Shown here: positions 56,316 through 64,000 of the stretch, piece after piece
Numbering within the stretch: the first letter of the stretch is position 1
Layout of the letters: the number at the start of each line of letters is the position of its first letter
Assembly (NCBI GenBank): GCA_964016885.1
Contig: OZ024740.1
Location: 244,714,001 to 244,778,000, forward strand
DNA length: 64,000 bases
Origin: Eledone cirrhosa
Taxonomy: Eukaryota
Direction: 5' to 3'
Notes under the pieces: generated by a model
The model's input: only the letters and a program-made list of their open reading frames with translations
Databases searched by the model: none
Told to the model about the DNA's origin: nothing
Position numbers and translations under genes: made by a program

Positions 56316-57315
56316 TTCTTTATTTGCCACAAGGGCGCACAAGAAAAGGGGACAATACACATGCCGGGGATTTTACATGCAGTCGTGTAAAAATATTGAA
56401 ACAAACAATTATAACAATCGATATCCCCAATAGGGGGGGGGGGGGCGCCACAAATGGGTTGTTTAATACCCCGTCCATAGAACAACCCTCAACTTCAGGA
56501 GCGTGTTGTGCAAGTGCTCCCTTGTTCCTTTTGCTCTCTTCTTTAACCTACAGGCTTATAAACAGAGAAGGCCCAATCACTCGGGCCATTTTCGCTTCAT
56601 TCACCCACATTTCAGTAAATTTACTGGGGTGCAGTGCCTCTCTCTCCACTCTGATTCTCCTTCTAAAGTGATACTTAAAGAAGGGAATCAATTGTTGTCC
56701 GGAGAGAAAGGTATCTGTCCTCAGTCCTCCCAATCTCGTCCACCATATAACTATTTCACCATAGCCACTGTACAGAGGAAAACCGCCTCTCTTTCGTTTT
56801 TGAAAGAGGCTGGTGGTTTGACCCTTACTATGGACTCGGCAGTCAACTGGGCAGTTATTCTGCATAGTTCCACAGGTCGCTTACGCCCGGGCAGTGTACA
56901 ATTGCGTGCAAGACGGTTTCAATGTCCTGCTCGCATCTTGGACAAGTCTTCTTGGAAGGATCCCTGCCGGAGCGTCCGTGCCTGTAGATCCTATCTCGAA
57001 CGGGTAGAGGTCCTCGGTAGCACTGCCAGGCCAGGGACCTCTGGAAGTTGTCCATAGGTCCCGGGCAGAAAGTCCTACCGAACAGACTGGTGAGCTCGTC
57101 GTCTTCGACGCCTAGAGTCTCCCCGAGCACGTCGTCGCACTTGTAAAGTACTAACCCTCTATAGAATGTCGAAGTGGAGTCTCCACTGATTGCTGTGCCC
57201 GCTTGACAGGGGACTGTGAGCGCCTGGGTGCATTCAATGTGCCAGGCGCCCATCTTGTTCGGTCTTCGCTTCACCCAGGACTGCACCTCCGTCAGCGAGA
57301 CAAGTTGTGGGAAGA
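56295..57315 (-). pseudogene. 3' fragment of a Tx1/L1-like LINE (zf-RVT CCHC) next to (GATA)n
   Basis: DNFQRSLAWQCYRGPLPVRDRIYRHG..CPRCEQDIETVLHAIVHCP..LW; 3' end AATAAAGAAA then (TCTA)n. Confidence 0.85.
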
Positions 57316-58137
57316 GATAGATAGTTGTATGTAGTTCAACCCCATTGTCCTCGTGGTATGCTTTATTCCTTTGCCACGTGTTCATATAGCCTTATCCAGT
57401 ACTACTCATCTACATCAATATTATATTCTTATTCCGTTGTTGTCAACTCTATTCATATTAACTTTTTCTGTGTACACAGGATACCACGTTCTCTCTTCAC
57501 AGCATGCCTATCTCGTGTAATTGGCTTCTGAGTTGGAATACATAATAATTATCTAGAAAATAGGTTTTCATTTTATGTTTTTCATGTATTTTCTCCGTTG
57601 ATATCCAAGCGATCTATTCTATAGCTTCCATTTCAATAGTGTACATTTTTACTTTTTTATTTCTACACTTTCACACCTTCTAAGATAACATTCGACTAAC
57701 ATAAGGAAATCTTTAATTTATTGCTAGTCGTCTATTGAATGTATACGAATTCAACTAACTTTAATAATGACAAAGGTGACAGTTTCGGGTCAATTAATAA
57801 AATCTTGTTCACTGAATGACGAGATACTGATTGCGTCCGTGTTTTGATGGCAATAATCCGAGTGACAAGTTCATCACAGCTACAAACCAAATTCCAAACA
57901 ACGTTGTCGATGGACTCATTTCATTTAAACTTAAAATTTGTTTTCATTTGATATCATTTAGATAAATCTTCAATATTCTTCTTCCCCTCCACTTCATCCC
58001 AACAAACTGTGTTACCATTTACCAATCTCAGAACTCATTCATTATCGATAGATATTAAATGGCAGAATCGGTAGAGAGCAGAACCGAAAGCCTAGTGGTA
58101 TTTAGTTACATATATCTATCAATATATCTATCGATAA

Positions 58138-58222
<85 letters not shown>

Positions 58223-58269
58223 GTGGGGGGGGGGTCTGTCTGTGCGTGTGTTTACATATATTACGCATG

Positions 58270-58530
58270 CATGCTCTACAGACATGTGGTCAGAATGTCT
58301 CAGGAAAGAATCTCTGGACAGATTTTACGGACAAAACCAACCGGCAGGAGACCCTGGGATAGACTCCAAGCAAGATAGTTGGATAACATCCATAAACTCG
58401 GCTGGTCTCGCTTTGGGGATGCAGCCGGAACAACTGGAGCCGGTCGTGTCTGACCAGATCCGCCGGATGGTGTGCTTGAGGACGCAACCCACATCAACTT
58501 CCCAGGAATAAGTGGATGAAGAAGAAGAAA
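58270..58530 (+). mobile_element. 3' fragment of the same (GAA)-tailed LINE as 54720
   Basis: ACAGACATGTGGT.AGAAT..GGACAGATTTTAC..CCCAGGAATAAGTGG then GAAGAAG. Confidence 0.8.
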
Positions 58531-58711
58531 AGGAAGAAAGAGAATAAAATACATGTATATACACACACACACACATATATATATGTATATGTGTGTGTAT
58601 ATATATATATATATATCTATGATATAATATAATAAAGGAGGGAGTGCGGGACAGTGTCCTGAATATATATTTTTATCTCGTTAGTAAAATAAGTCGGATT
58701 ACTTTGAATAT

Positions 58712-58900
58712 ATAATTGTTTCTACCTTAGGCACAAGGCCAGCAACTATCTCAGTGTATTACTGGTACTTTATTTTATCGACCCCGTAAGGATGAAAGGC
58801 AAAGTTAACCTCGGCGGGATTTGAACTGAGATCATAAAGGGAGGTAACTCTATGCTTCAAAGCATGGCGTCCGACCCTCTACCGATACTGCCAATCCACC
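58712..58900 (-). mobile_element. Full-length Meta-like SINE
   Basis: Reverse complement of the 36344 SINE. Confidence 0.93.
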
Positions 58901-59049
58901 AATGAATGAATATTATATAATCTATCTACTAAATTTTGTAACAGATGATTAAACATAAATAATTTAATGCATTGCTTATTTCAAGATTCACTTCTTTTAA
59001 AAATTTCAAATTTCAACTTCCGGTGTATTGCCACCACTTCAACTACCAT

Positions 59050-59104
<55 letters not shown>

Positions 59105-59167
59105 ATATTAAAAAAATAATGAATAAAACAATGAAACAGTTCCTTATATTAAACAAAAAAAGTTCAT

Positions 59168-59301
59168 TATTTAACGATCGTTTCTAGGATATATATGTGT
59201 TAGAATTGGCATGCACATTCAACAGATCTATGTACAAAATTATACAAAATTATACAAACTATCAAAATTAAATATACATACCAACACATATATATGCCGT
59301 C

Positions 59302-59305
<4 letters not shown>
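59168..59305 (-). ncRNA. Hammerhead remnant with long stem II, truncated at the core by (TA)n
   Basis: (TA)n-TGAAGA-CGGC ATATATATGTGTTGG..CTAACACATATATAT CCTA-GAAAC-GATC-GTT; palindromic ACGATCGT. Confidence 0.6.
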
Positions 59306-59366
<61 letters not shown>

Positions 59367-59668
59367 GAATAATCGAGTATCGAAAAATCGGCGCACGAGT
59401 TCACGATAAACAAAATTCGATGTGAGCGGCAGAGTGCTCCATAATTTAGATAAATCAGAGCTATAACTATCGTTAAAATACCGTCACACATAGAACAAGT
59501 CTATAATCAACCGTACGATCGAAAATTTGCGATCTGGAAGATTCGGGACACTCAGATAAAAAATCAATAAATCAATAAATTAAATGAATGTATATATATA
59601 CAGAGCGAGAAAGAGAGAGAGAGTGTGTGTGAAGAGAGCGATACAGACAGATAGAGTGACTATGTGAC

Positions 59669-59752
<84 letters not shown>

Positions 59753-59769
59753 AGAGAAAGATGATAGTT

Positions 59770-59950
59770 ATAATTGTTTCTACTTTTGGCACAAGGCCAG
59801 CAATTATCCAGTGCATTACTGGTACTTTATTTTATAGACCCCGTAAGGATGAAAAGCAAAGTTAATCTCGGCGGGATTTGAACTCAGACCGTAAAGGGCC
59901 GTACTCTATGCTTCAACGCGTGGCGTCCGACTCTCTATCGATACTGTCAA
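59770..59950 (-). mobile_element. Meta-like SINE
   Basis: Reverse-complement match to the SINE. Confidence 0.92.
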
Positions 59951-59959
59951 ATATAATAA

Positions 59960-60558
59960 CATAATGCTTACAGAACGAAAACAGAAACAAATATTATACA
60001 AAGGAAAGGGAAAGGAAAAAATAACACTCAAGTAGGTAATACATACATCCAGGACCACATACAACAAAGGGCAGGTGAAAGGGGTGGACAACCGAGTAAT
60101 TACCAGAGCAAAAAATAACAATATAGCAAGGAGTACTGGGAAACCTCTCTAATCCTTTTTGAGGCAAGCTAGCACACTCGCAGCGTTACCTCGGGTGATG
60201 GCGAGGCTGAGGTGCTGGAACAACCAAGCGCCTTCACGAGAGTCACCAGTTACCTTGGTTAGGCGAACTATCAGTGAAGATAAGAACCTCCCAGTCAGAT
60301 GCCCGACTCCCCCAGAAGTCTCGAACGTCACTGCCAGGAAAATGTAGTTAGCCGACAGATCACGGTATTTTAGGATTGTATTCCGTTCGGCTGCGGATGG
60401 TGTAGCTCTCGCCCTTACTGCTGCATCTAGGATAAGGGAAGATGCAAAAGTCATTAACTGTGACTTCCCAGATAAGGCACCTGCCTCTTGACCAGGGGCA
60501 CAGAGTAAGACTGCGTCAGGTCTTTTCCCATCAATGCTGGACAACCCAGACGGTTCTT
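59960..60558 (-). pseudogene. 3' fragment of a CRE-like non-LTR retrotransposon (RLE endonuclease)
   Basis: DGKRPD..AAER..KYRDL..YIF..FETSG..TGDSREGAWLFQHLSLAITRGNAASVL. Confidence 0.85.
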
Positions 60559-60636
60559 AATTGGTAATAAAACAGTGTGTGTATGTGCGCGCGCGTGAGT
60601 TTTTCGGCATTCTTAAATTAGAGATGTGTGTGTGTC

Positions 60637-60681
<45 letters not shown>

Positions 60682-60850
60682 ACCGTTTTTAAGTTAGAGA
60701 CATATATATGTGTGTATCCCATTCCTTCCTTTTACACACACATATGACTCCAGTTCCTCAGTGAAATAACAACCCAACAAGGAACTGGGCATATCAGAGT
60801 ATTGACAATATTATACACCTCATGTACTTGTCTATACCATACTAATTCAC

Positions 60851-60909
60851 ACTGCCTGAAGAGGTCACAGCCAAAGATGGCCGGCTGTCACTGAAATATA
60901 TATAGCAGT
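60851..60909 (+). ncRNA. Intact type-I hammerhead ribozyme in a solo pLTR-like segment
   Basis: ACTGC-CTGAAGA-GGTCACAGCC..GGCTGTCACT-GAAA-TATATA-TA-GCAGT, followed by AATAAA. Confidence 0.88.
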
Positions 60910-61601
60910 AATAAACGAAGCTAAATTTTAATCATTTGACTTTTATTTAACTTTATTTTACACTACTCCGGAGTAACCAAACCAACCTGCGCACTTCGTC
61001 GAGTGCTCCAGCCTGCATACTGAGGTGTTGGTATACAACCAACATAAACTCAAAATCTCTCTCTCTCTATATATATATAGGCATATATATACATATACAT
61101 AAACACAAGCTTATACATATACATATTCATATACATATATAGTTGATGCAGTACTTAATCTAAACTTCAATTTAGTTTCTCCTATTATTTAGATAAATCT
61201 TAAATTTTTTATTTCTCTCCCCATCCTCGCCATTAATTTGTACCCTCCAGGTTATAAAACTGGCTTTACACCTCCGCATTTAATAGAAACACGTAAAAAA
61301 AAAAAAAAAATTCCCCACAACGTTTCAATTAGGATAAAGAAAGTGTGTCATGCTGAGTAAGATCAATTGTTCTCTTAGCCAATAATTGTATTGTACCAGT
61401 CACTAGTCAATATTTACTCTCACTCGCAGAATGTTTTCACAACTTCCAAATAATGGTGGAATGATTTTATGAAGTGACTTTATGAAGTGATTTCTTTTCT
61501 CGTTTTTTTTTGTGTTATTTTATTTTTATTCTAATAAATAATTGTTCTTTTATATGACCTTCATTTTATTTTTTTTTATTTCTTCCTTTTTTTTGTATTA
61601 A

Positions 61602-62040
61602 CCCTTCATATATGGGTGTCGTCAATGTATGTTTTACTGTTCAGTCAGGAGATAAAAGCAATACCCATGACCTCATTTGGGTCTGCCAAGACTAGTGAGA
61701 AGGAGGGTGTAATGTATCCTCAAACTCAAGATCTTGCCCGAACCTTTGCATCAGAAAGGACTTTACTAAAGGTACACATGGATCATGTGGAGGTGTTAAA
61801 CTGAATGACGAAAGCTGTCCAAATCTATTCTGTTAGTCATACTATTTTTAAATGTATAAACATTCAATTTTAAATATTAATTTTCACAATGTGTGTGACT
61901 ATAGTGTTATTTTAAGTGTAACAACAACAGCATCAATCTCTCCAGTTTCGAAGGGTCTATGAAGGCCTTTTGCGCTGCTACTTCCTCAAGACCTACTCCA
62001 TAACACAAAACTTAAATATTAATTAGGGTCATCTAAAGGG
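61602..62040. mobile_element. piggyBac-like MITE remnant
   Basis: TTAA-CCCTTCATAT ... ATCTAAAGGG-TTAA: TTAA flanks and imperfect 10-bp TIRs. Confidence 0.45.
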
Positions 62041-62216
62041 TTAAAGAGACAAAGGTTCTTTATTCATAAAAGAGAGACTATACGAACGTCTGTTAACTGC
62101 GTTAACATATAGATGCTTCTGTTGCTATACACTCAGTCAGCTGTTGTTGAAAAGAAAACTCCTCGTTTAGCAATTATTGACGTCCTGGGTGCTTGCTTTA
62201 TGTATCACCCAGAAAT

Positions 62217-62394
62217 AATAATTGTTTCTACTTTTGGCACAAAGCCAGCAATTACCCCAGTTCATTACTAGTGCCTCATTTTATCGACCCCGTAAAAATG
62301 AAAGACAAAGTTAACCTCAGTGGGATTTGAACTCAGATCATAAAGGGCCGTAACTCTATGCTGCAAAGCAGTGTCCGAACCTCTACCGATACTG
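62217..62394 (-). mobile_element. Meta-like SINE
   Basis: Reverse-complement match to the SINE. Confidence 0.9.
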
Positions 62395-62517
62395 TTTAGA
62401 AAGGTAATGAAAAATACCTTCAAAGTGCTCTACTCGAGGAACATAAATTCAGATATACGCCAGGAGATCTCTCTATCTCTCTCTCTCTCTCTCTTTATAT
62501 ATATATATATATATATA

Positions 62518-62705
62518 CGTTATTCCGGGTTGAATCGGAGGTAACCACAGTAAGTAAGGTACTCAATACATTGCAGAGTATAAAAGTTTTAATATAGATG
62601 AGATTCTACAGGACTAGAACTGTTTCATTCTTTAGAAATCATCAGCAATCCTGATGATTTCTAAAGAATGAAACAGTTCTAGTCCTGTAGAATCTCATCT
62701 ATATT

Positions 62706-62709
<4 letters not shown>
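62518..62709. mobile_element. Second copy of the 15579 fold-back hammerhead element (palindrome 62587-62709)
   Basis: The first about 128 bp appear identical to 15579-15706; spacer is CAATC; (TA)n flanks. Confidence 0.88.
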
Positions 62710-62767
<58 letters not shown>

Positions 62768-63245
62768 AATAAATTATCGAGAATCGGAATCTCGGCCCAC
62801 GAAATAACGAAACACAATCTTCGAAATGCATGGCAAAGGGCTCAATAGTTTGGAAAAACCAGAGCTATAACTATCGTTTAATACCAACACATAGAGACAA
62901 TGCTTAAAATCATTCGCACAGCCGAAAAACGACCAGGAAAATTCGAGTCACACAAATAATAAATTAATAAATGAATGAAAAATGTTACCCGGACCCGCTA
63001 GAAGGATGTTAAATTCTAGCTTTTGGGGTTTCTGCGGTTCCTTAATCAATTACCGTCAGCCTACATAAAAAATATATCTAACTTCTGGCAAAAAGACGAA
63101 CGAGGAAACCACTTTCTCAGCAGGCATTTCGTTCAAAAATACAGAGGCACCCGTTACTAAACGCACGTAGGGTCCAGCAAAGGAGGGAACCCCTATATTA
63201 GGCGAATGAATTAACTGGTCAATAGCTGTCTCGGCTAAACTGTAG

Positions 63246-63866
<621 letters not shown>

Positions 63867-64000
63867 CTACAGTTTAGCCGAGACAGCTACCCGAGTGTTT
63901 GATTCTCATTCGAACTTGAATATATTTAAATTCTGTTCCCGATGTCCACCAACAACACACAGACATTCTTCTGACCCACTCCATATTCTGCCAACCACAA

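Noticed and set aside
61616-61804. 62-aa ORF as an exon
   Set aside because: Lies inside a TTAA-bounded MITE-like segment; no recognisable domain.

Overview
AT-rich, microsatellite-dense eukaryotic DNA, most likely octopus/cephalopod (inferred from the SINE families, RTE LINEs with C2H2 fingers and (TA)n density). No host gene is confidently visible; there is one weak candidate terminal exon. Most ORF-track hits are translated microsatellites. The window holds an 8.6 kb 26-bp satellite with higher-order structure, about 12 tRNA-derived SINE copies, Helitrons (one carrying a Pif1 helicase fragment) and decayed LINEs (R4/Dong-like, RTE, Tx1-like, CRE-like). The most striking signal is a dense set of Penelope-like element (PLE) termini inserted in (TA)n that carry minimal type-I hammerhead ribozymes (HHRs). 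At least seven unrelated HHR-bearing families are present, many with palindromic stem III. Six loci are non-coding fold-back (inverted-repeat) units with a hammerhead core in each arm. One HHR-like variant shows a U3:A8 core and a compensatory change in stem I. All structures were read by eye and are not computationally validated.
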